Shown here: piece after piece, positions 1 to 11,891 of the stretch
Position numbering within the stretch: the stretch's first letter is position 1
How the letters are laid out: each line of letters begins with the position of its first letter
Assembly (NCBI GenBank): GCA_047967505.1
Contig: CM106538.1
From: Dipteris shenzhenensis
Taxonomy: Eukaryota
Strand: one strand, 5' to 3'
Length of the DNA: 64,000 nucleotides
Translations under genes and position numbers: made by a program
The notes under the pieces: generated by a model
Database searches by the model: none
What the model saw: only the letters and a program-made list of their open reading frames with translations
What the model was told of the DNA's origin: nothing

Positions 1-1063
1 AACGAAATTCTTCGTTTTTCCCTATGAACAAAAATCAACTTTTGCAAGTCACATACGTGCGTCGCTTAGTGTAGCCTAGCACTGGTACCTGCAATTTGAT
101 CTGGAGAATCGTCGCTTGTAAGGATGGCAATAGGCATGTGGTACGAATGCTTCCGTGTAATCCAAAATGATTGAAGTGGCTGGGAGAAGTAGAACATGGG
201 AAAGCACGCGGTTGTCCACTAGGTCCGATGCTAGTGCAGCGCAGTAGGTGTTGCATCACTGTGCCTTCCAACACTTCATTTCAACATGCCAAATCAGATC
301 ACCCGGCCATTAAAGCATCACGAGGAGGGTAAGCAAGCCTTCCTCTTCTTGTTGACTAAAAGGTGTGCAATAGTTATCCCAGGCATTGATAATAATTATC
401 TTCCACTTGTGGTCGAGTGTCCACAACCATAAGCTGTTGCTGCATCTCTCCAAGATGGTTTGGCACAAGTTAGCAAATCGGCTATCACTGAAAGCGTTGA
501 GGAATGGGCTATTTTGTTGGTAGGAGTCCTCGAGGTCCGATCAGGCGAAGGGACACAAGGGAAGCTAGCTGCTGATTCATGGATGGTACCAAAGCTCGCT
601 TCTTTCTTTCTTTCGGCCAGAAGAAATCGTCTACGGAGCTATCAATGTGCTTTCATAATAGAAACGGACACCGGTGGGCAAGCAACCTCAACAACCCTGC
701 GAAGCCGATTTTGCTGTAATAAGTAGTCTACGTAGAACCCGAGGTGATCAAGATAAGCCCGAACAAGATAATGTAGGAAGCTTGACAATGTGAACTGGAA
801 TGTCTTTGTAGTTTTCACGTCGAGTTTGCTGTAATAACTGCAATTGGCTTTCTGCTTTTGCGGTTTTCATTTGTGCTTTTGTGCTTCCATTAATTTGTGT
901 GCGCACTTTCGTGCTTTCATTTTGTGTGTGCTTTTGTGCTTTTTAGCCCCTTATCTTATGGAAGGGAAAAAGGGAGGCTATTTTAGATGTTTTTCCCTAA
1001 AAAGAGCTGCATATTTTGGACGCCTTTCCCACGGTGCATGTATAACAATCCCGACTAAAAATG
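1..1063 (-). repeat. Inverted copy of the unclassified ~1-kb segment at 10681-11680 (may extend past the window start)
   Basis: 1-1063 is the reverse complement of 10681-11680 with scattered substitutions and one ~50-bp indel. Matching ORFs: 35..274(-) vs 11373..11648(+), and 460..726(+) vs 10981..11223(-). Confidence 0.9.
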
Positions 1064-1609
1064 AGAGAGGGCTATAAAGAAATATCACATCAACCATATC
1101 TAGAAGTGTCACATTCTAAATTTATCATCTTTAGCCAAGCATGGGCATAGTGCATGCCATCACAAAGAATCTCGGCGTGAACATTTGTTAGAGAAACTAG
1201 AATGCTTGGCTAGCTCCTAAGTATATGGTCCATCTGCTAACTATATGGGCTATTGTAAGTAGCTAATAATAGGTCAGTTGATTTAACAGCTTCGAATGTG
1301 CCACATGGCTTCGTAGGATTTTAACTTTCATAAAATGCTCTAGTGCTAGCCAAGTAAAGATGAAGTGACATTAGAGACTTGTGGGAGATAATTCTAGTTC
1401 CTTAGGTTTCCTAGTCTTAGCTTTGAACCTGAGAATTATCAATTTGTCTTTCAAGTTTCTTGTAAATACCTACCCACTGACATTGCCTATATAATAGCAT
1501 GATGAATCTAATCTATGAATAGGACTGCACAACATTGTAAAAAATAGGATTAGTGAACACTTAGGGGAGGGGATGGGTAGTGGGGAGGTTTAATTAGATT
1601 AATTCGGTG

Positions 1610-2383
1610 TGTTAGGGACACGTGTCCCCCTCATGCAAGATAATTAACACATAGGTTATAGGAGCTTTAGATGTTGTGAATCATTAGTTGAACCCCCCAC
1701 ATCGTAGCAGAGTGGGATAGTGAGGGAGAAGCACATACATGCTATTGGTGTGGGATGGCGAGGGAGAAGCGGCGGCTCCATGAAGCTCAAGTGACTATAG
1801 CACGTGCTTTGCGATGGTAGAGATGAAGGCAAATGTAGGAAGTAGACTTATGGTTCAATGGACACATTGCAGGAAGTTTCGTGCATGGTTGCAGAGGAGG
1901 GAAAGGGGTAAGAAGTGGTTCCATGCACACTGTTTTAGATGTGCATGAGTGTTTGTGATGATGCGTGTGCGTTGTTGTAGCTTGCAAGTGGTGGGAGAGG
2001 TAGAGGGAGGCCTCCGGGTTCAAGCGCAAAGAAAATCACTAGTGCATCAAAGTTGATGGAGCTTAACATCACTCGATTGGGATTGGAGGTAGGGACATCG
2101 ATGTTGGCCTTATCGAATGATTGCAACCCCAAAAAGTTGACAAGCTACTTTGATTAAGGTTTCCAGCATCATCCCCCAGTACTCTAAGACTTGCTGTGAT
2201 TTATCCTAGGAGGCTAGGGCCCTGCTTCTGCAAAATTGATCAAGTAGCCCAGAATCTGTTGCAATATGACCCTTGGGTTCAGATTTGATTGTGATCAACC
2301 TACTAGGGCTTCTAGTTTTGTTGCAATTTTACACCAGGCTTGCTTTTACAGTTCCTGGAATTTATTTTCAATGGTATCAGAGC
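1610..2383 (+). mobile_element. LTR remnant followed by a tRNA-Met PBS; internal region lost
   Basis: ...TTTTCA (2370), then A, then TGGTATCAGAGC (2372-2383). The LTR start TGTTAGGG at 1610 is a guess, and no partner LTR was seen. Confidence 0.5.
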
Positions 2384-2624
2384 ATGGTCCTACCACTTTT
2401 CTTGATGGAACCGATTTGAAGAATTCTCCATTTCAGCTAGGATAGCATAAATTCTGATGAGCTCATAACAATTTAGTGCTGGTTACCATATACTTGCTAA
2501 GCTACTACAATTAACACCTATTTCATTAATTTTGGATTGGTGCACTGTCCAAATTCATTTTGTGAGATAATTTTGGATAAAACATTTTAAAAAAAGAGGC
2601 TCTTATAAAACAAAACATTGAGTC

Positions 2625-3160
2625 AAAAAGGAAGATTTTAAAAAATCAAATTAGAAAAAATGACGTGAGATGTTATTAAAACTACAGTACATTAAAAATA
2701 GAGGACATCACATTGTTAAAAGAGACAAAAAGTAAGATTTTTAAAAATCAAATTAGAAAAAATGGTGTGACATGTTATTAAAACTAGAGTACATTTAAAA
2801 AAGAGCATATCACATTTGTACAAGAAGTAGATCATATAACTCAAAGCCATATGGTGTCAAAAAACACCTTACATTAGCTCACAGCCCTAGAAGTCTTTCT
2901 CATCTTGGTCTCTCTTATCTTCTCAATAACCCAAACTCTAGAAGATCTCATCATTGGTCTCTCAAAACTAGAGTACATTTAAAAGAGAGCACATCACATT
3001 TGTACAAGAAGTAGATCATATAACTTAAAGCCATATGGTGTCAAAAAACACCTTACATTATCTCCTAGAAGATCTCATCTTAGTCTCTCTTATCTTCTTA
3101 ATCACCCAAAGTCTAGAAGATCTGATCATTGGTCTCTCTCATCTTCTCAATAACCCAATC
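2625..3160. repeat. Local tandem duplications (~100-bp and ~185-bp units)
   Basis: AAAAATCAAATTAGAAAAAATG occurs twice; AAACTAGAGTACATTTAAAA...CACCTTACATTA occurs twice. Confidence 0.75.
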
Positions 3161-3579
3161 TTTCACTGCCTCCACATCTGTATCCTCAACATAATTACAT
3201 GCAAAGAAGTAATTTAAGCAGTCACAAATTGTTTCTTTATAATTTCTCTGTGAGGCTCTTATTGTTCTCTCAGCATCCGCATCAAATCGCCCATGACGAG
3301 AGCTATGATAACAAAGGTTACTTAAGAAGTCTAAGAGATCTTGTCATGCTTTTATAGTATGTATTAAAAGTCTTTCACTGTCTGCTATCTTGAGAGTCTC
3401 CTCCCTCTCTGCATGCCTTTGTGCATCAAATTCCTCGCTCTCCATCTATGTCAAAGGAGAACCTTGTCGTGGCCTCTCTCTGCTCCTTTGTCAGCAATCC
3501 ATTCTTTGAGACTGTTAATTCCGAACTCCACATCTTTGACAATGCCAAGGACATCCATGGGTGGGGAGATAATAAAGAA

Positions 3580-4455
3580 AGGGAGATGGACTAGGATGGA
3601 AGAAAGAAGAGAGTGTTTGTGGAAGGACTAGGATGGAAGAATACAAGTTAATGAGAAGCACTAGGATGGAAGAAAGAACAGAGTGTTTATGGAAGAACTA
3701 GGATAGAAGAATATAAGTTACTAGGATGGATGAAAGAAGAGAGTGTTTGTGAAAGGACTAGGATAGAAGAATACAAGTTACTGGAAAGGACTAGGATGTA
3801 AGAAATAAGAGAGTGTTTGTGGAAGGACTAGGATGGAAGAATACAAGTGCACTAAGACACGATGGGTTCACTATGATAAGGATAAGGGCTGGAATAAAGT
3901 GAGAGAAGCATTGGGAGTGCTCTACTTTAAGTGAGTGGAGATTGTCCAACTGAATAAAATTTTACAGAGCATTGGGAATGCTATACTTTAAGTGAGTGGA
4001 GCATTGGGAATTGATACTTTGGAGTGAAATATATTACAAGTGAGAGAGAGAGAGAGAGCGATAGAAAGTGAGGAAAGACGTAAAGTGAAAGACGAATACC
4101 AATTAATCAGAAGGACTAGGATGTAAGAAATAAGAGAGTGTCTTGATGGGATAGAAAGTGAGGGAAGACGTAAAGTGAAAGACGAATACAAGTTGATCAG
4201 AAGGACTAGGATGTAAGAAATAAGAGAGTATTTGTGGAAGGACTAAGATGGAAGAATACAAGTGCACTAAGGCACGATGTGTTTGCTATGATAAGGATAA
4301 GGGTTGGAATAAAGTGAGAGAAGCATTGGGAATGCTCTACTTTAAGTGAGTGGAGACTGTCCAACTGAATAAAATTTTGTAGAGCATTGGGAATGCTGTA
4401 CTTTAAGTGCGTGGAGCATTGGGAATTGTTACTTTGGAGTGAAATATATTACAAA
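3580..4455. repeat. Purine-rich degenerate tandem repeat plus a ~250-bp duplication
   Basis: Many copies of GGAAGGACTAGGATGGAAGAATACAAGT; 3785-4040 is duplicated at 4200-4455. Confidence 0.8.
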
Positions 4456-4757
4456 TATTACATCATCACATATTCATATCAAAATTCTCATCACACAAGG
4501 TTATATTTCCAAATAATCACATCATCACAAATTCATATCATAAAATTGTGCATGAAATAAATATATAAATATCATGACTAAATGCCACTTAAGTAATAAG
4601 TCACAAATTGGTGTATAATCAACAAAAACTACATCATGATTCATACATTGCAACAAATAAATGTCAACCATAATATTCATGGAATAAATAACATCATGAG
4701 AATATGCTCCTCATGCATATATACAAAGACAACATCATACATGCATCACAACTCTTC

Positions 4758-7700
4758 TTATGCTTCTAGTGGAGACTGTGGCAACTCTCTTAATGCTTCT
4801 AATGGAGGCTGTGGTGCTCTAGATGTACACTTAGTCTCTACTTCTTCTGTAATATGTAGTGCTTTCGGAGTAGACTCAGTATCCTCTTCCTTAAATGCAA
4901 GCGTAGGCTGTGGCAACTCTTCTGATGCTTCCAGTGGAGGCTGTGGTGTTGTTGGTGTACACTGAGTCTCTACTTCTTCTGTAGTGTGCAGTGCTTTCAT
5001 AGTAGACTCAGTCTCCTCTTCCTTAAATGCAAGCTCTGATATTGCTTCAGTTGCACGTTGTATTCTAATGGTAGCAATTAGGTCTCGAATGATTTCAGCC
5101 CTAAACAATTATATATCCTTCTTTGAATATTTGAGCTCCAAAGAGTCTTCCGATGAGACCTGTGGCTTAAGTGAGAAAATTTCTTTGAAAATCAACATGC
5201 AGTTATAGGCAACTCTCCACCCACAACTATGCCCATCTTCCTGCTCTACTACTAAATGCTTTTGGAAGTCTAGCGAGTCTTTGTACTATCCTATTTCTCT
5301 GATAGCAGATACCAACTTCTCAACTGACCTGCTCATCATGAATATTAAAAAAACTTAGTGTGTCTATTACATAAGGTACATAATATAGAAGTAACAACAG
5401 ATTAATAGAATACTTACATTTGCACTCAGCCATGAAAGCCTGGAATCAAGTTAACAAACCAACAATAGTTGTCTTCAAGGTCCCAAACCACCAAACTCCA
5501 ATGTTCCCTACACGAATAATTAAGAACCATTATTATTTAACACAATGTTGCCAGTATAAAATGAAAATAAAGGTTGCCATGATACTTACATCTCGTGATA
5601 TGCCATAAATAGGACTCGCATGCCATGTGAATGTAAAGGCTGTAACCATTTACAAACATCGGCTATCATCTTTCTGCTATCGCTAAGTATAGGAGAAAGG
5701 AGAGAATCCAACATATACATACAGTTTTGTACGGCTCTACAAAATCGTGAGATAACTATACTACACCAATAAATAAATGAATATTAGCTTATTAGATTTA
5801 ATCAAAATATTGAATTATCAAGCAGAGAAAAAGTTTGTATCAAACCTGAGAATGGCCATCATAATGTTGTTGTTGTCCTCATTTGAAGCTCTAGAGAGGA
5901 TTGAAATCTCCTCTCCACCAAATTCAAGATACTGAGGTCTATGTTGAATCATAACCCTAACATTAAAAGAGCTTCTTAATTCTTCCAATGAAGCCATGTT
6001 TGTAGAGTTGAGGTCTTCTATCCCCTTTGACTCTTTGACGACATTCATTTTGCACTCCTCTAAGCCATTATCTATTTGACTTATGGGAGGGTCCATAATG
6101 TTGCCCTTAATGATTGCTTGAATGGTACATGTTATAAATGCATAGAGATGCAAGTCCATATATGTTGACAGTGTGGTGTTATTTTGTATCTCAAAAATTT
6201 GACCAAGTACCAAAAAGCAATTGTAGCCCACCCTCCATCCACAATTATAGATGTGGCTATCCTCTTGATGTGATACCTGACATGTTATATACTCTATTTG
6301 TTATGCCAAGTCACATTGTTGCATTACTGATGTGCATTGCATATCAATCTACATGTCAAGAAGTGACAACAAGTGTAGTCTATACTTACTCTTACACAAT
6401 GCCATGGATGGATGTCATTGAGTTGGCAAAGAAGCACTTCTTAGCAAAGATGTCCACGACCACCAAACTCCAATGTGAGCTACATTATCAATAAAGAATA
6501 ATTACTATGTTTGAGACAATTCTAGCAATGCAATAGAAAAAACAAGTAGGGTTTGATGCTTACTTCTCATAATATGCTATAAAGATAACTCGTGCCTCAT
6601 TCATAGGAACGTGCTTCAACCACTTGCAAGCATCCTCTATGGTTTCTTTTTTGTTGCTAAGCACTTTCGAAATAAGAGGATCAAGCATATATGAAACTCT
6701 TTGTATATTTTGAGGAAAATCTGCTATAACATTACTATATTTTAAAAAAAAGTATTAGCTTCTTGGGTTTAATCAAAATAAGCAAAGTATAAAGCCAAGG
6801 TGGTTGTAATGACTTTGACATTAACCTCTTTCTTAGGATTCAAGAGGATTAAAATCTCTTCTTCACCAAATTCAAAAAAATGAGGTTGTTGTCGAATTAA
6901 CAACATAGCAGTGAATGAACTTCCAATCTGCTACAATAGAGTCATATTTTCATGACTCATCTTATTGAGAGAGTAGTCTACATCGTATTCTTCTTCACTT
7001 GCTATGTCTTCTACATCCTCCTTCTGCTATAAAAATATAAAAAAGTTATGAGATGTACACATCCCAAATAAAGGCTTAAACAAGCATAGAAATATAAAGA
7101 TAAGATTTCATACATGCTACAATGTAGTCATATTTCTAGGTTGTTCCCCAACATTAATAATGGTTTTTTCATTAGACTGCATAGAATTATACAGATAAAG
7201 TTTCATACATGCTTTCATTAGAGTGAGTCTCTCCTCCTCTTGGAGCAAAAATTTAAAAAGTAAGGTTTCATACATGCTTTCATTAGAGTGAGTCTCTCCT
7301 CCTCTTAGAGGAAAATTTTAAAAAGTTATGATATTTACACATCCCAAATAAAAATAAAGGTTTAAATAATCATAGAAGTATAAAGATAGCATGCTTTCAT
7401 TTGACTCAGTCTCTTCTCCTCTTGGAGGAAAATATAAAAAAGTTATGAGATTTACACATCCCAATTAAAGGCTTGAACAAGCATACAAGTATAAAGATAA
7501 GGTTTTATACACGCTGCAATGTAGTCATATTTTCAGGTTGTTTCCCAATGGTAGCAATTAGACGCTGAATACTCTCAGCCCAAAACACTAGTAGATCGGC
7601 TTCTGTATATGATTCCATTTTGACTGGTAACTCCAAATCAAAAATCTCTCTAAGAAACAACATGCAGTTGTAGGCAACTCTCCACCCACAGCTGTGCCCA

Positions 7701-8480
7701 TCTTTTTACTCCACTGGTAGACGTCATTTGAATTCTACTTGGTCTTGTTGCTCCGTGGTTGTTCTGACAGCAGATACTAGCCGATCTATCCATCATGACA
7801 TATTAAATATATTAATATGTCATGATCATAAGATACAAAATAAGAAAGATACAAACAACATGCAGTTGTAGGCAACTCTCCACCCACAGCTGTGCCCATC
7901 TTTTTACTCCACTGGTAGACGTCATTTGAATTCTACTTGGTCTTGTTGCTCCGTGGTTGTTTTGACAGCAGATACTAGCCGATATGCAACACTGTCCATC
8001 ATGACATATTAAATATATTAATATGTCATGATCATAAGATACGAGTGCATAATCTCTTTCACCAATCGAGCAAATGAAGCTCTTGGGATTAGAAGGTTCA
8101 CGCTAACAAAAATATCAAGAGAATAATTACCTTGGGGACTTGGCATGATAGCCTTCCATTGAATTCACAAACCACAAACGGTTGACTTCAAGGTCCCAAG
8201 CGATCAGACTCCAATGTGAGCTACACGACCAGATTAAAAATGATTATTGTTTTACACAAACTTACCAAAGAAATAGTAAAAATAAGTTTGGAGTTGATAC
8301 TTACTCCTCATGATAAGGCATAAAGATGACTCGCACCCCATCTAAATTCAAAGGGCTTAACTAGGTACAAACATCTTCTATAGTCTTTTGAGGAGAGCTA
8401 AGAATAGAAGAAAGGAGAGCATCGAGCATGTAGACATGATTCTACATTGCACTAGGAAGCTGAGAAATAACTACACTACA
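4758..8480 (-). pseudogene. Spliced pseudogene with three tandem Ulp1/SENP-like (peptidase C48) domains, probably transposon-borne
   Basis: Minus-strand translation gives three VIF-x-x-Y-[HY]-E-x-x-HWSL exon pairs split by the same GT-AG intron (HW at ~8215, ~6475, ~5500). Each is followed by an (S/N)CGWRV(A/G)YN exon (~7690, duplicated at ~7885; ~6240; ~5225). Several in-frame stops. C-terminal ~132-bp E/T/P-rich duplication at 4758-5040. Confidence 0.75.
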
Positions 8481-8585
8481 CCAAGAAATAAACAAACGTT
8501 AGCTCATAGAATTGATTTGCATTCTGCACTAAGAAACTGAGATATAACTACACTATAAACAAATAAATAAATGTTAGATCATTGA

Positions 8586-10680
8586 TTCTCTTAATATATA
8601 ATAATCATAATAATATAATAGGTTGGTTCGGAAGAAGTCTTTCATTTTTTCATTGTCCTCTCTCTTTCTCACTCACACACAGGTAATACTCGGAGCTAGG
8701 TGGTAGTAAGGATGAAGGAGTGTGAAGAGGGTGGGAAAGGGGGTCAGGGGAGTGTGAATGGGAGACAAAGATGGTGGACTTGGGAGGTGATCACGATGAG
8801 GATGTACCTAATCGAGTTGTGTGAACAGAGAATATAGTAAATTATAGGCAACGGAAGTCAAAGGAAAGGAGATTCACACATAGAGCATAGAGGCACTCAA
8901 AGACAGATGGACAAGTAAGATACACATTAAGAGAGATGGACAAGTCACAATTGCTTGATCTCATCTCACATTCCCCATGAATTTAAGCAAATCCACACGA
9001 TCCATTCCCAAGCATCTCTTCGACTCATGCTTGCATCATTTCTAGATATAACAAGAGCATTTGCTTCTAAATTATAGCTCAATGCCTTCCCCTTGGTTGT
9101 TTCAAGGAAGTATAATAGTTGCTCCATCTTTCCACTGTACAATACATTACAATATGGCTTCCCGGCCTTGTCTTCCTCTCCTAGTGCTTGCTTTCCTCTT
9201 CAGCGGTGCCACTCCCTCCGCCCTTGCTTGGGGCATTGATGGGCACTTCCTCAGCTGCTCCATAGCCTAGTCTTCTTCTTTAGTTATCTAGACATATTTC
9301 CTGTAACAACGTTTTCATTGAGCTCCGATTTGCTTCATCATCGTAGATATCTTTCCTGCGATGTTTTCATTGATCTCCGATTTGCACTCTATCACCCAAT
9401 TCTCATCCTAATTTTGTCGCTACGAGAATGCCTCGAGAATGCTCTCCACCTCCTCATTTCTGCATTTCACATCGCACATGATGCCTTTATTAGTGTGAAC
9501 AACTTAGCGTAAAATCAAGACCCAGGCATTCACTGACAAGTTGTAGCATGATGCAGATGATGTTCACCCAAGCCACTGTAGATGCAGTACAAAGTCTTCT
9601 CCCAGAGTACGTAGGAGGCAACCTTCCTAGCTTATGCTTGTGGGCTGATGATGTAAAGTTCAAGTATCGTTGGAGTAGTCCACTTCACTACATTGACACT
9701 CCTGACGAATTATGTAACTACAATTATAAAAGTGAGTGTCAATGCATTTTGTGGAGTGGTATTTGAAATAATGTTAGGCTACAGTCGAAATCGAATATTG
9801 TTAGCCATCCATTTTCATTACTTTGTAAAGAGGAAGCCCTGCGACTTTTGATGCTTTTTGAAAATTTAAGGTTCAACGAAGTTCAAACTTCTGATATGGC
9901 TACTTCTTTCCTCGGGCTGAGAATAGGATATTGCTACAATGCTGCGGGAGTGTAGGATATGTGTGCAGTTGGTGCTATCTACAACTATACTTCATAGCTT
10001 ACTAGTTACAACTCATCCGAATCACAATGTTGGGTGCTATCCGTCAAACAAAACCATATTTCAGTTTGTTCAATCTCTGAGTGAGATCTGGCAATCTCTG
10101 AAAAATAGTTCATTCTATCTTTGCAGATAATTTTACGGAAGCACTCCTCTTTTTGGCGCACATTGCTGGAGACATCCATCAGGTTTCACTCTTTGACTGT
10201 CTGGTCAGGCAGCTGAATTTGATATTTTGGACTGGTCTTGGGCGTGATGGCTTATCTCATATATTTTCATCCGCAAAAAATAGATATTGATGTTGGAACA
10301 TTCTCATTTTACTTCACAATTTATAATCCATAATTCCTTGGAAGTAGCCACTTCATGTAGGATTCACAAGTCACAAAGGAGGGAACACCATTGCCATCCA
10401 TTAGTAAAATTGATAGGACAATTTGCATTACATAATCCTTTGTCTCTCTTTAATCTGTTTCACACTTGCAAACGCTCTATAAAACCATGAGAATCTAGAG
10501 CTGGGAGAGTTTTATTCATGGAATGCCTTACAGGTGTGGGATGATGACATTATCTGCTATAGCTCGTTTGTTCAAATTAGCTGGAAGATATGCCATTTGT
10601 ATGCTGGTATATTGTAGATATGGCGTGTGCACTATAGGAGAACGAGATTTCGCAGTGGGGAAACTGTACAGATGACTACA
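8586..10680 (+). mobile_element. Helitron-like unit 1 carrying an S1/P1 nuclease gene fragment
   Basis: Begins ATTCTCTTAATATATAATAAT exactly where homology with unit 2 (11892) begins. This resembles the TCTCTTGTATAT 5' end of the Helitron at 37749. No 3' hairpin/CTRR end was identified. Confidence 0.45.
9154..10680 (+). pseudogene. S1/P1 nuclease (plant BFN/ENDO family) pseudogene, copy 1, intron-containing, 3'-truncated
   Basis: Exons: signal peptide+WGIDGH (9154-9270), LCLWADDVK..WSSPLHYIDTPD (9557-9731), C..GAIYNYT (9927-10028), NFTEALLFLAHIAGDIHQ (10127-10182), PLHVGF..GGN (~10348-10430), VWDDDII (10534-). Multiple premature stops. Confidence 0.9.
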
Positions 10681-11680
10681 CATTTTTAGTCGGGATTGTT
10701 ATACACGCAATAGCCTCCCTTTTTCCCTTCCATAAGATAAGGGGCTAAAAAGCACAAAAGCACACACAAAATGAAAGCACGAAAGTGCACACACAAATTA
10801 ATGGAAGCACAAATGAAAACCGCAAAAGCAAAAAGCCAATTGCAGTTATTACAGCAAACTCGACGTGAAAACTGCAAAGACATTCCAATTCACATTGTCG
10901 AGCTTCCTACATTATCTTGTTCGCGCTTATCTTGATCACCTCGGGTTCTACATAGACTACTTATTACAGCAGAATCGACTTCACAGGGTTGTTGAGGTTG
11001 TTTGCCCGCTGGTGTCCGTTTCTATTATGAAAGCACATTGATAGCTCCGTAGATGGTTGCTTGTGGCCGAAAGAAAGAAAGAAGCGAGCTTTGGTACCGT
11101 GCATGAATCAGCAGCCAGCTTCCCTTGCGTCCCTTTGCCCGATCGGTCCTCGAGGACTCCTGTCAACAAAATAGCCCATTCCTCAATGCTTTCAACGACA
11201 GCCGATTTGCTGACTTGCGCCAAACCATCTTGGAGAGATGCAGCAACAACTTATGGTTGTGGACACTCGACCACAAGCGGAACGTAATTATTATCAATGC
11301 CTGGGATAACTATTGCACACCTTTTAGTCAACAAGAAGAGGAAGGCTTGCTTACCCTCCTGGTGATGCTTTAATGGCCGGGCGATCTAATTTGGCATGTC
11401 GAAGTGAACTATTGGAAGGCACAGCGATGCAACACCTACTGCGCTGCACTAGCATCGGACCTGGTGGACAACCACGTGCTTTCCCATGTTCTACTTCTCC
11501 TAGCCACTTCAATCATTTTGGATTACATGGAAGCATTCGTACCACATGCCTATTGCCATCCTTACAAGCGACGATTCTCCAGATCAAATTGCAGGTACCA
11601 GCACTAGGCTACACTAAGCGACGCACGTATGTGACTTGCAAAAGTTGATTTTTGTTCACAGGGAAAAACGAAGAATTAAA
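10681..11680 (+). repeat. Unclassified ~1-kb segment interrupting the nuclease exon; inverted copy at 1-1063
   Basis: Direct sequence comparison; degenerate reading frame of unknown family on +. Confidence 0.8.
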
Positions 11681-11891
11681 GTTTGTTTTAAGTTGCTTTA
11701 CGCAGTCAGCACACGGTGACCCATGAATGATCAATGATGGATCATCTACTTCTACCTTTTCTGTCCTTCATGGATACTCGTTGCAAATGGCTACTACACA
11801 TACATCTTTCTCGTGAAGGGCTACTACATAATTATCTTCCTTGCCATATGTTTGCATGACATGCGTTAGTATAGCCACATGTCCACACATT

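Noticed and set aside
3450-3560. Minus-strand MDVLGIVKDV as a Helitron RPA OB-fold
   Set aside because: The similarity is limited to a few residues and the frame closes quickly.
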